Assembly (NCBI GenBank): GCA_029717555.1
Contig: JAMDHS010000057.1
Coordinates: 1 to 64,000, forward strand
Direction: 5' to 3'
DNA length: 64,000 nt
Origin: Peribolospora baueri
Taxonomy: Eukaryota
In this document: in pieces, positions 1 to 12,088 of the stretch
Layout of the letters: each line of letters opens with the position of its first letter
How positions within the stretch are numbered: position 1 is the stretch's first letter
Position numbers and translations under genes: made by a program
Notes under the pieces: generated by a model
Told to the model about the DNA's origin: nothing
What the model saw: only the letters and a program-made list of their open reading frames with translations
The model's database searches: none

Positions 1-401
1 AAGCAGAGTCCGTAATACAGTCAAACTAGTCTGTTAGCATACGGGTCCCTAGGTATGCCTTCGCATAGTTTACCTGTCTTGATCGGCCGGTCGTTGCTGC
101 ACCGGCGTGCTTCCCTCCCCCTTTCCTATGAAGACGGACGGGAAACAGGCCCCGGTCGGTCGGTCGACCGAACCGAACCAAACCGGGCTGCGCTGTGCTG
201 GGCTGTCTGGGAACGCGGCTCTGGCGTGGTATTGACGTGGTATTGGTGCAGGGTGGTGTGATGATACGGCTCCCGGCTCCCATGCAAACGCGCTCGCGCT
301 CGTGTGTTTATTGATTGATCAGTCCGTTTGCCCAAACCCGCCGGTGGAGCGAGCGAAGCCCATCTATCTTCCATCATCACCTGGTTCCACGCATGCACGC
401 C

Positions 402-545
402 ACGATACGATACGATACGATACGATACGACGCGACGCTCCACTCACTCGCTCGCTCGCTCGCACTGGAAGAACGGGCGCACACGACGAACAGAACGACA
501 GACGGACGCAAGTGAGCGCAACCCGACTCGACTCGACTCGACTCG
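402..545. repeat. Pentanucleotide microsatellites (GATAC)n 402-430 and (GACTC)n 525-545
   Basis: Directly visible; same motifs recur at about 4067-4097 and 4456-4475. Confidence 0.9.
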
Positions 546-1673
546 GTCCATTTCCGTCGATGCTCCCGTTCGTTCCCGATCGACCTTCTCGACCTCGGGG
601 ATCGTCTGTTTCATTTTGTTTGTTTCCCTTCCGCCGTCCCGTCTCGTCCCGTCCCGCGCCGTGCCGTGCCGCGCCGTGGTGGGCCGGCAGACCGTGGGCG
701 ACTCGTGCCGAGGGAGCGAGCAGGGCAAGAAAAAAGAGCGGTGACAAAGAGTTCCATTGCTGTCAATCAGAGAGGAACGAAAAGAAAAGAAAATAGAAGC
801 GAGGCGAGGCGAGGAGAAGGAAGGAAAGGGAGGGGAGGATGCGATATGCATGTGGTGTATGCATGTAGCAGGAGGCATTCATTCGTGTGGGAGACGAGAC
901 GGACGGGGGGGGACGTGGATGACGGAGGAAAGGCGAACCAGCAAAGCAAGGGACAAAACGAGAGGAGGGGATGACGGTGCGAGGAAGGAAAAGGAGAGCG
1001 ACATTAGGAAGGAAGGTAGGAAAGAGTAGGAGGAGAGACGGGGGGTCAGACAAAAAGGTAAGGCCGGAGAAGAAAGATAGAGAGGTGAGGCCGAGTGGTG
1101 GTCTTCGCGCGTCCGGACGGTTCACCGCCCGGCCACGTCCGATCCACCGATCCGTGTGCGGGCGGGCTGGAACAACACACACACACACGGACGGAGCGGT
1201 TGGACGGGCAAACAAACAGAAAAAAAAGGAAAGACTACATACGCGGAAAGGAGGCGAGGGGTACACGGATTGTACATACCGAAGGAGCCGGTGTCGGTGC
1301 AGTACGAGCGGAGGCGTCGGTAACTAAAGTGGGAGGCGGCCAAAGAGAAGGAGACGGACAAAAAAAGGTGAATCCGGAAGACGTCGCGGGCGTCGAAGAG
1401 GTCGGCGGGGCATGCAGACGGCGGGCGGACGATACGAGGTGAGGCGAGGCGATGGAGTGAATGAATGCTGGTGCTGGTGTTGGTGCTGGTGCTGGTGCTG
1501 GTTCGGGTACGGGTGCCAGTACCGGTGCACGTACCGGCGCCGGTGCCGGTGCCGGTACGTGCGACGCGGTGAGAGAGCGAGGGAGGACGAGGGGAGATCG
1601 AGTCGAGGACGGTGTTTTGCGTTTCTCTTTCTTTCCATTTCCGCCATCCTACCCGTCCGCTCATTCGACCGGC

Positions 1674-2044
1674 TCACGCGGCGGAGGCGACGCCGGCGGG
1701 TGCGGCGGGAGACGTGGTGGCGGCCATGGCCTCTGCCTTTCTGAGCCTCTGTTCGGCGGTGCGCGCGCGATGGAGGTCGGAGGCGGAAAGGCGCTCCCTC
1801 TCGGCCTGTTGGGCGCGGTCGGAGTAGCGGATGGGGTCGGCGACGGAGCCGTGATAGGAGGTCACGCGGCGGATCTCCTTTCCGTCGTCATCGTGTGTGT
1901 GGGACTTGGACGAGCCGGGTTTGAGGACTGAGAGGCAGGATCCCTAGAAGGGGGGTGAAAGAGAAAAAGGCGAGGGGTGAGTGGAAGGGAGCACGCCGGG
2001 AGGGCGGGTGTGACTAGAGAACGGCTTGGGTGGCGACATACCAT
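1674..2044 (-). CDS. Small (90 aa) putative N-myristoylated/palmitoylated protein; first coding exon is the ATG only
   Basis: Minus strand ACA ATG (2044-2042)|GTATGT...CCCCTTCTAG (intron 2041-1944)|GGA TCC TGC CTC TCA... gives MGSCLSVLKPGSSKSHTHDDDGKEIRRVTSYHGSVADPIRYSDRAQQAERERLSASDLHRARTAEQRLRKAEAMAATTSPAAPAGVASAA*; C-ending codon bias like neighbouring genes. The end (GC|GTGAGC) could alternatively be a donor site. Confidence 0.7.
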
Positions 2045-4956
2045 TGTTCTCGAGTCGCGCGGGGAGAAGGGTAAGTTGGGGATTCGGAGGGTGTGCGTTC
2101 TCTCTCTCTTGCTCGACGAGGATGCGCCGAGCTGGGTGGGTAGAAGGATGGGGGCAGGGGACGGACGGGTGGCGACGAGGATGGAGGATAATGGGGGGAA
2201 AGCAAGTCGGTGGTGGGCTTGAGCGCGGGCTTGAGCGTGGTCGTGGTGCGGACGGGCGCGTAGGTGGTAATGGTGATTGCGGCGGACGGACGAGGGCGAC
2301 GGACGGGAATGAAGGAGAGATCACGCACGGGCGGAGAAGGGCGGGCGAGGGGAGGGGAGGCGAGCGGAGGCGAGGGGTCGGGTCGGGCCAAGTTAAAGAA
2401 GGATGTCAGTGAGTATGACATGGGCCAAGCCAAGCCAAGCGAAGCACGGCCGCATGGAACGACGGGGCGCGTTGAGACACTGGCTTGGCTCTCTCTTTCT
2501 CTCTCTCTGTGTCTCTCTCTCTCTCTCTCTTTTTTTTTTTTTTTTTTTTTTCCTGGTTCGCCCGCTGGTCGCACGACCCGACCCGGGTGAGCGCGGCGAG
2601 GAGAGGAGAAGGAACGGGGTCCACTCTGCCTGGCATGGCCTCGTCTAGGCCTCGCCACGCCTGGCCTCGCCTCGCCTGCTCCCGATCGTCTCGAACGTTG
2701 GCTTGGGGAGGCACGTAGTACGTCGGTCAATACACAGACACAGACACGTACACACACACACAGACAGATATCCATTCGAATAGATTAGATCGACGAGGGA
2801 AGCGGAGGGCCCATTTCGGGACCGTCGAAACACTGGCACAGACTTTGTCTCGACACGATCGAAAACGCGTTCGAGATCGTCGGCGACGGCGAGAGGGTTT
2901 GGTTCCCCGTCGGTAGGAGCGTAGATAGGAGCGGCCGGGCGAGACTAAGGAGAGCGTCCGCCGGTATTCTATCCGTCGGCGACGGTGTGTGGTGGGTGTG
3001 GGTATGCGCGCGCTTAGCTTTGCGCTCAGCTCAGGATGCGTGGGTGTGGCCGAGTGCGTGCCGCCGGGACGTCGGAAGGGTCGCCTCCGCGTTGGCCTCC
3101 GACAGCGCCCGGTTGGGCCCGAGTGGGAGTGGCAGGCGATAGGACGATGATACGATTGAGTGCGTCGGGTGCAGAACGGGTGCGACAGTCGTTCGTTCTA
3201 TGCGCGGACGACGGACGACGCGTTTCCCTTCGTTCCTCCGTCCCTCGGCGAGCCAGCCGGATGGACGTCGTCGTCGTCCCTCCTCCTCACCGCACACACA
3301 ATGCATCCGGTCATTTGTGGGGCATGCCACGTGATGGCGGGCACGGGGCACGGAACACGGGGCATGGCAAAAACAGAAACAAAACGAGAGGCGGGCGGGC
3401 GGATCGACGATTAGTATTATATAATTTTTTATTAGGCCATACTATACATGGTCACCGTCGCTCCCTCCCTCTTCCCTAGCTGCCCGATAAGTGACGAGGG
3501 ACGTGCGGTGACGGTGACGTGGGTCATTTCAGATAACCGACACGCATATCCGCCTGCCCCATCCGCGGCACCTTGTGTGGGAGACCGAAGATCCGTAACC
3601 GACCGTCGAGCGGTCGGAGAGAGCGAGGGAGGGAAGGAAGCAAAGAAGGAAGCAGAGTGGGAAAAAAAAAGAAAAAAAGAGCGGAGGCGATCGATTCATA
3701 TGTATGTATGTATGGATGGACGGACGATCGGATCGGACGTTTCTTTGCCGATCGATCGCCCGGCACGGCACGGCTGCGACGGCACGCGCGACTTGACCCG
3801 GTTTCGACTTGGAGTGTTGTCGTCGTCGGCGAGGCTGGAAGAGGGAGGAGAGGAAGAGGGTAAAACAAAGAACTGGCGAGGAAAGCGGATCGTCGGTTCG
3901 CTTACACTCTCCTGTTTACGCCGGCCGAGTGAGACAAGAGGTGTGCAACCGGGAAGCGATGATGGCAAACCGCGGCTCCCCCGGTCGGGCCTCTCGGACG
4001 GATTCGGTCAGGTCGGCCCTTCCCATTTCTTCCTCGGCCGCATCTGTCTCTTCTCTTGTCATTTCCACTCGACTCGACTCGACTCGACTCGACTCGACCG
4101 GTCGGCCCGCCTTGCCTTGGCGGTCCGGTGCCCGCTCGCTCGTCCAGGACGGCCAACAACACCCCGGTGCGCCGGTACGCCGGTGGGCGGTCGAGTTGAG
4201 ACGAGTCGAGTGCGAATCAACTCGATTCGAGTAGCCGAGCCGGACCTCGCCGGGCCGTCATCTCGCTTTGTGTGTTTGTCGATCCCTCTCCCTCTCGCTT
4301 CTCGTCGCGGTGTGAGAAATGTGAAGTAGGTCGCAGGAAAGGCACGGAGGGTGGGTGGGCCAGGCACGGCCGTTCTACCGCCGTCCCTGCCGCGCGTCGA
4401 TGCGGTAGAGAGGAACGGGCGGGGACATGCGCACGCACATAGATGAGTGGGTATGGTACGATACGATACGATACGGTACATATTGCGAGCGACAGACAGG
4501 ACAGGGAAGGAAGAGGACGGTGGATGGAGGCGGAACGCAATGAGAATGGGATCAATGTATGTCTGAGAGCCAGTCGACCGACAAGGAAGAAAGCGGGCCG
4601 GCCGGGTTGATGGGAAGGCGAGGCGAGGCGAGGCGAGGCGGTTGTCGGAGGGGAGGTTAGGTGTGGCCGCTCCCGACCTCCTCCCTCTTCCTCTCCCTTC
4701 CTCCCACCCACCCGGCCGCCCTCAAATAGCGAGCCCTGGCCGGCCGACCGACGCCTCGTCTCCTCCTCGTCAACTCCTTCCTTCTTCCTTCTTCCTTCTT
4801 CCTTCTTCCTTCTTCCCCTTCCCGCCCATTCCCTTCCCCTCCTCGCCTTCCCATTCCTCCCCCTCCCCCCGCCGACGACCACCACCACCACCACCACCAC
4901 CTGCAAGCCACCCCACTCACCACCGCCCCTCGCCCCCCAGACCGACCCCGCCCGGC

Positions 4957-7900
4957 ATGGCTTCCATCCCCGACCAAGGGGCGCTCGCGTCCGGCACCGA
5001 CGCGGCCAACAAGATGCCCGACAACACCACCAATAACGCACTCACCGCCCGCCCCGGCTCCCGACCCCAAGACATCGAGGACGAGTACGGCCGTCTGCTC
5101 GCATACATCCAAAGCGTCAACCTCGTCGGCGAAGACTCGGGAGAGGATGAGGCGAAGACGGTGAAGCGTCGCAAATGGTACACCCCTTGGAAGACGTACG
5201 AGGTGCGCGTGAACAAGAGCGGAGAAGAGATCAATGAGCCGCCCAAGGTTCCTGCTCAATGGTGAGCCCGCCGCATAGATCCATCCATCGCTCCCTCCGT
5301 CCGGCGTACTCGGCTATTTTGTCTGCTAAACTCTTCCATCCCCTCTTGTCCTCCTTCCCTCCGTTCGATCGCCGCCGACGCCAACGCCAGGCTCCAGACC
5401 GACATGCTCCAAGGTCTCTCCGAAGCCGATATCGCCCCTCGTCGTCAGCGCGTCGGCTACAACGAGCTGGAAAGCCCGAAGGAAAACATGCTCATCAAGT
5501 TCATCGGCTACTTTGAAGGTCCCATCCTCTACGGTCAGTCCGCCGCCTCTTTTCTCTTCACCTCCGACCGCCCACCGACTCTGACCCGTCCATGTACGCC
5601 TTCTCTTTCTTCCTCCCCTCAGTCATGGAGCTCGCCGTCGCTCTTGCTGGTGGTCTGCGTGACTGGATCGACTTTGGTGTCATCGTGGGTCTTTCCATCT
5701 CCACACTCCTCATCGCGGCACCTTTGTCCTCCCACACGGGCTCGTTTTGATGCCGCCGACGCGTCGCGCGCTTAGCCTCCCTTTGGGTCGGGCGCCCGAT
5801 GCGATCGATCGGCCGTCCTGACCATTTGCTCAAATCTCTCCTTTGCTTCCCCTCTTTTCATGCACCCATGACAGATCGGTATCCTCTTCTTCAACGCCGT
5901 CGTCGCCTGGTACCAGGAAAAGCAGGCCGGCGACATCGTCGCCAAGCTCAAGGCCGGCATCGCTCTCCGCGCCATCGTCGTCCGCAACGGCCAGGAGATC
6001 GAGGTCGCGGCCCGCGACGTCGTCCCCGGTGACATCGTGATCGTCGAGGAGGGGAACACGATTCCCTGCGACGGAAAGGTGCTTTCGGATTACACCAAGA
6101 AGACCGACGCCAACCGTATCCAGGAGATGTTGAACGAGACTACCGTCGAGAAGAAGAAGACTTCCGAAGACGATGAGGACGACGACGACAAGGGTCCTTC
6201 CATCCTCGCCGCCGATCAGTCCGCCATCACCGGCGAGTCTCTCGCCGTCGACAAGTTCCTGGGCGATACCGTCTTCTACACCACCGGTTGCAAGCGCGGA
6301 AAGGCCTACATCCTCGTCACCGCCACCGCCAAGCAGTCCTTCGTCGGCCGCACCGCCGCCCTCGTCACCGGCGCCACCGGAAAGGGTCACTTCCAAAAGG
6401 TCATGAACACCATCGGTTCCTCCCTTCTCGTCCTCGTCATCGCCTGGCTCTTCGCCGTCTGGATCGGAGGCTTCTTCCGTCATGTCGACATCGCCACGCC
6501 AAGGGACAACAACTTGCTCGTCTACACGCTCATCTTCATGATCATCGGTGTCCCCGTCGGTCTCCCCGTCGTCACCACCACCACCCTCGCCGTCGGCGCC
6601 GCTTACCTCGCCAAGCGCAAGGCCATCGTACAGAAGCTCACCGCCATCGAGGCCCTCGCAGGCGTCGACGTACTCTGCTCCGACAAGACCGGTACGCTGA
6701 CCGCCAACAAGCTCTCCATCGATGAGTCCTTCGTCTCCGAAGGCATCGACGTCAACTGGATGTTCGCCGTCGCCGCCCTCGCTTCGTCCCACAACGTCAA
6801 GTCCCTCGACCCGATCGACAAGGTTACCATTCAGACCCTTAAGAGGTACCCCAAGGCCCAGCAGATCCTCAGTCAGGGCTGGAAGACGATCAAGTTCACG
6901 CCGTTCGACCCCGTTTCCAAGCGCATCACCGCAGAGCTCGAATTGAATGGGAAGAAGTATATCGCCGCCAAGGGTGCGCCCAACGCGTGAGTGTCCGTCC
7001 GGTGGCCCGGCTACCCCGTCGTTTCCTTTTTTTTTTTTTTTTTTTTTTTTATATCTCGCTGATGATGGACGTTCCTTATCATACCTTTCTGCGCGCCCGC
7101 GAACAGCATCCTGAGGCTCTGTGCCCCCGACAAGGAGACCGCTCAGAAGTACCGCGACGTCTCCAGTGACTTTGCCCAGCGTGGTTTCCGTTCCCTCGGC
7201 GTCGCCATCAACGAAGACGGTCAGTGGCAGCTTCTCGGTCTCATGCCCATGTTCGACCCCCCGCGTGAGGACACGGCGATGACGATCTCAGAGGCTCAGA
7301 ACCTCGGTGTCTCGGTCAAGATGCTCACGGGAGACGCCGTGGCGATCGCCAAGGAGACTTGCAAGATGCTTCAGATGGGCACCAAGGTCTACGACTCGCA
7401 GCGCCTCATCGGTGGCGGCGGCTTGGCCGGCTCGGCGATCCACGACTTTGTCGAGGCCGCCGACGGATTCGCAGAGGTATTCCCCGAGCACAAGTACCAG
7501 GTCGTCGAGATGCTTCAGAACCGCGGTCACCTCACCGCCATGACCGGTGACGGTGTCAACGACGCGCCTAGCTTGAAGAAGGCCGATTGCGGTATCGCCG
7601 TCGAGGGCGCCTCCGACGCCGCTCGCTCCGCCGCCGACGTCGTCTTCCTCGACGAGGGTCTCAGCACCATTATCACCGCTTTCAAGGTCGCCCGCCAAAT
7701 CTTCCACCGCATGAAGGCCTACATCATCTACCGTATCGCCCTCTGTCTCCACCTCGAGATTTACCTCACGCTCACCATCCTCATCCTCAACGAGGTGATC
7801 CGCGTCGACCTCGTCGTCTTCCTCGCCCTCTTCGCCGACCTGGCCACCGTCGCCATCGCCTACGACAACGCCCCCCTCTCTCGCGCCCCCGTCGAGTGGC

Positions 7901-8463
7901 AGCTGCCCAAGATCTGGATCATTTCCACCATCCTCGGCGTCCTCCTCGCCGCCGCCACGTGGATCGTCCGCGCCACCATGTTCCTCCCCAACGGCGGTAT
8001 CATCCAGAACCACGGTAACATCCAGACCATCATCTTCCTCGAGGTCGCCCTCACGGAGAACTGGCTCATCTTCATCACCCGTACCGGCGGCGACAAGTTC
8101 ACCTGGCCCTCATGGCAGCTCGTCGGCGCCATCGGCGCCGTCGACATCCTCGCCTCCATCTTCTGTCTCTTCGGCTGGCTCGACGGCGCCAAGCAGCCGC
8201 ACACTTGGACGCACATCGTCACCGTCGTCCGCGTCTGGGCCTACTCGTTCGGCGTGACCATCATCCTCGCCCTCGTCTACTACATCCTCAACAGCATCCC
8301 TTGGCTCGACAATCTCGGCCGCAGGAACCGGTCCCACAAGGACTCCAAGTTCGAGGACCTCATGACCAACCTCCAGCGGCTCACCATTGTCCACGAAAAA
8401 GGCCACGAGGAGAACCATTCGCTGTACCGCATCGAGGAGCGCGTCGGTGCGGACGAGGAATAG
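4957..8463 (+). CDS. PMA1: Plasma-membrane H+-ATPase (P3A type), 5 exons: 4957-5261, 5391-5533, 5623-5684, 5875-6986, 7107-8463
   Basis: [20 protein letters not shown] phosphorylation site, [28 protein letters not shown] motifs; canonical GT-AG introns keep frame. Confidence 0.97.
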
Positions 8464-9780
8464 ATTCGCCCTCTCCTCTCCCGCTCCCTCCCTCTTCCCT
8501 CCTCTTATTCTCTCTCTCTTTTCACCCGTCCGCCGCGGACGTTCGGGAGAAAGAGGCACCTCACCGCGCCCACCGACCCGTTCGTTCGCTCGGTGTCCGT
8601 CCCATCCTCCAGCTAACCGGCGAGCCGGGCGCGCGACGAAGAGGACGCGCCGACGTGGAAGACCGACCGCCCTCCGCCCCCGGACTCGCTCCTTTTCGTC
8701 TTCCGTTCCTTTCTTTCCCCTTTCCCTTCCCTTCCCTTCGCTTCCTTTGTATTTGCACTGCTTACGTTCACTCCTTTCCTTCCTCGTCCTCGACAATGTA
8801 CCTAATTCAGACCGGGCCCTGTCCTCCGCCTCCTCCCTTTCCTTTTTTGGCGGACGGATTGCCCAGACTCGATCGGACTCGGAACGGATCCGGACCCAGC
8901 TCTTCGTTTGTATAACGCTCTCCGTCATCCATACACCTTCCCCCCCGCACGCTCTCCACGCTCGCCACACTCTCACATCCATCCATCCATCCATGCGTCC
9001 ATCCATTTATCTACGTACGTGACCGACGCGTTCGGACCGGACCTTAATTCCTGTCATCAGATGTGTTCGATTCGAATCGAGCCGACTGCTGTTAGAGAAT
9101 CGTTTTTGCTGAGCAAATCTGGGCACAAGCACAGAGAGAGTCTTGAGATGAGAGAGTAGACCTGTCATTTTTTTCTCTTTTCCGAGGTGACCTGAATCGC
9201 CCACTGAGTTGATGGATGGATTGCCTTCGCCGCGCTCATCCTCGACCGCACTCCGCTCACTCACGTCCTCCTTGGGCGCGCCGTCTTGCCGTCTTGCTTG
9301 CTTGGTTGGTCGGTCTCGGCGGCGCCTTATAAATTAGCGGCTGATGATGAGCCACGAGCGAGCGACACAGCATTCGTCCTCACCGCTTCGGATCCTTTTT
9401 TCTCCACAGCCAGCCAGTGCCAAGCCAGGCAAATCTACGAAGCGAGGATGGAGGACGCGACGGTCGGTTGACTGATTGACTGGTTGACCTTGATCGGCTC
9501 GCAAGATGGTCTTTGTCGGCTTGGTCCAGGACGGAGAATGCAATCCACCTAGCTGCTCCTCCATGCTCGACGGCCGCTACGATACGATCTTCCTCGTGCT
9601 CGCGCACGGACCTGTCGGCGCTTTTGCCTCCATCCAACCCCCGCCCTTCTATCTGCACAGCCGCCCACGCCGGCCGCTGCACCCGGTCCTAGTCCATAGC
9701 CAGTCACGCTATGGCCGTGCAAGCAAGCAAGCGGTACATATGCGGTGACGAGAGAGAGAGAGAGAAAGAGGTGTGCGAGG

Positions 9781-9787
9781 TATAAAT
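9781..9787 (+). promoter_or_regulatory. TATA box of small secreted protein gene
   Basis: TATAAAT about 110 nt upstream of ATG 9893, followed by CT-rich leader. Confidence 0.6.
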
Positions 9788-9892
9788 CAGCGAGCCACAG
9801 ACAGACAGCATCTCCTTCTCCTTCTCCTCACTCGCTCTCTCTCGCTCTTTCTCTCTTCCCCACTTCTCTATCCCCCTCCTTCGCTCGCCACC

Positions 9893-10495
9893 ATGCGCTT
9901 CGCCTACTTCCTCGCTTCCCTCGCCCTCTTGGCCTCCCTCGCCTCCGCCTCACCCGTCGAGAAGCGTGACAGCCAGTGCACCGCCGCAAAGCCACACACC
10001 CTCTGCTCCCCCGCCCCCGGCGAGGGCGTCAAGCTGACCCGCGGTGCCAACAGCCAGACCAAGTTCTCCTACCAGGCTGCCGCTGGCACTGACGTCATTA
10101 CTGTCGACCTTTACAAGGTTGATGGTACGCTCAAGTACTATTTGGTGAGTGCTGTTCTTTTTACTTCCTGACCGGATCGTCGCTCACTCTGCCATCGCCC
10201 CTCTTCTTCCGCCGATCCGCCAGTCTGGAGCATACACGTTCGAGCACAAGGGCTGGAACGTCACCGACGGCGCCACCACGTTCAACTACCAATTCAACCT
10301 CCCCGACTGGCTTCCTACCGGACAGTACACGTTCCAGGTGAGTGCCCGAGCGTCGCCCTGAAGCGAGGATGAGCACGGCGATGGATACTGACCATCCTGC
10401 TCGCTCCATGCCTACTCTCCGACCAGGTCTACGAGCACGACACGTCCACCAACAGCTCCCAGTACAACTACTTTGAGCCCTACTTTGTCGTCTAA
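9893..10495 (+). CDS. Small secreted protein (144 aa), exons 9893-10144, 10224-10337, 10427-10495
   Basis: Signal peptide MRFAYFLASLALLASLASA, pro-peptide SPVEKR (Kex2-type site), two Cys, beta-strand-like body; two GTGAGT..CAG phase-0 introns join in frame to ...YFEPYFVV*. Confidence 0.85.
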
Positions 10496-10936
10496 GTTTA
10501 AACCGGCGCTCTCCTTTCCTTCCCTTCGTATCGTGACGGACACTTCTTGCATGGGCATTACTGGCTATTGGGCAGTGTAGTGTAATCGATTTTTCATGTA
10601 CCTCGCCTTATCGCTAGCTATCTGTCCGGTCGCACGCGCCTTTGATTTTGACTATGCTTCAGAGTATATATCGTGGTGTGTATTCATTCAAGAGAGAGCG
10701 TGGGCGCAATGGTAGTCTGGGGCGCAATCGGGCCAAATTCCCGCGATATGGCCACCGTTCTATGACGAGGTTGTATGTATGTGACATCACACGACGCCCA
10801 CACAGCAGCAGATGATCGACGTCGATATTGCAGGGAAGACCTGAAGCCGTCGTTTCGTCCCCCATCATCACGATATCCACCGTCTACACACCTCGCTCTA
10901 CACAGAAAAGAGAAACTTGCTCGTCACTCGATCGAC

Positions 10937-11811
10937 ATGTCCAACCCCTCCTTCCTCCCCCCGTGAGCCGGAGGTGCCACGCGTCTTCGAGGTGGTGGGT
11001 GAGTGCGGGCGAATCGTTGCCAGTCCTCCCTCCGACCGTGACCGACTCGGCTCGCCTCTTTGCAGACCCTGGGACTGGCCAACGTTGGACATCTGTGCGC
11101 GCCTTCTCGTCCGGTGACGTGCCCTCCGCCGTCGCAGCGGCCAAGCGCGCCTTCCCTTCCTTTTCTGCCACCTCGACCCGCTCCAGGTCCTTGCTCCTTC
11201 TCTCCTTGCACTCGCTCGTGCGACAGAACAGGGCTGACCTTGCGCGTCTGCTCGCCTTCGAGACGGGCAAGCCTATCGCCGAGGCCCTCGGTGAGGTGGA
11301 CTATGGACTCAGCTTTACCACCTGGATGGCCGGCGAGGCTGAGAGAGTTCACGGACAGGTCATCCGAGGCGTCGCCAACGCCCACCTTGCGCTTCTTCAC
11401 CATCAAGCAGCCCGTCGGGCCCGTGAGCAAACCGTCCTTCCGTTCGGTCCCCTTGATCGCCCGCTAACTGGCCACCGTCTTTGGTTGGAACGGCTCAGGT
11501 CGCCCTCCTGACGGAACTGTTCATAAGGTTCGCGTTCATCGCTTTGTCGCGTCCATCCACACCGGTGACGAGCCTTCCTTCCCTCCCTTCTCGCAGTCCC
11601 CTTTGCGCTCATGATGCGCAGGATGGCCATCGCTCTCGCCGCCGGCTGTACCATCGTCACCAAGCCTTCCCCAGAGACACCTTGCACCGCCCTCGCCATC
11701 GCCCCTGGCCGCCCGAACGGGTCTCCCCGCAGGCGTGTGATTGGGGCGGGCCTGGACGAGTATCTTGTCACCAAGACGGCCACTATGACTGTGTCCAATC
11801 CTTTCGCCTAG
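10937..11811 (+). pseudogene. Succinate-semialdehyde dehydrogenase-like (ALDH family) pseudogene with frameshifts and a large internal deletion
   Basis: ETGKPIAEALGEVDYG...AGEAERVHG, TIKQPVGPV, ALAAGCTIVTKPSPETP motifs; frameshifts near 10960 and 11380; TPWNFP motif broken near 11515; jumps from ..TALAIA straight to the C-terminal GLDEYLVTKT. Confidence 0.8.
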
Positions 11812-12088
11812 GTATCGCCGTCTGCCTCTCTCTCTCTCTCTCGCATGTGCGTGGAGAACGGCGGTCAGGTTGGGAATCTCACAGGAGACGGTCTGCGTCC
11901 GAATCGCCGCTCCGTCCGCTCTTTCCATGTCGTGCACGGACCGGCAGACCGTGCCGCAGCCGACATTGGCACTGGACTCGTGTCATCTGCGTATGGACAG
12001 AGAGCGAACGCCGTCGCCGTCGCCGTTCGAAGGAGACGTGTTCCAGCGACCACAAGGGCCGTCCCGAGTACCGTGGGCGATTCGAGGA

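Noticed and set aside
1467..1560. (GGTGCT/GGTGCC)n hexamer run translating as GA, HQ or CW repeats
   Set aside because: Lies in the probable 3' UTR of the minus-strand microprotein; simple repeat.
3448..4956. 293-aa ORF and non-ATG in-frame extension upstream of PMA1
   Set aside because: Translations are microsatellite-derived low complexity; no coding bias.
9328..9700. TATAAA plus ATGATGA...CTGA (C/D snoRNA?) and an 80-aa ORF faintly like the neighbouring secreted protein
   Set aside because: C box too close to TATA, no terminal stem or convincing guide; protein similarity too weak to support.
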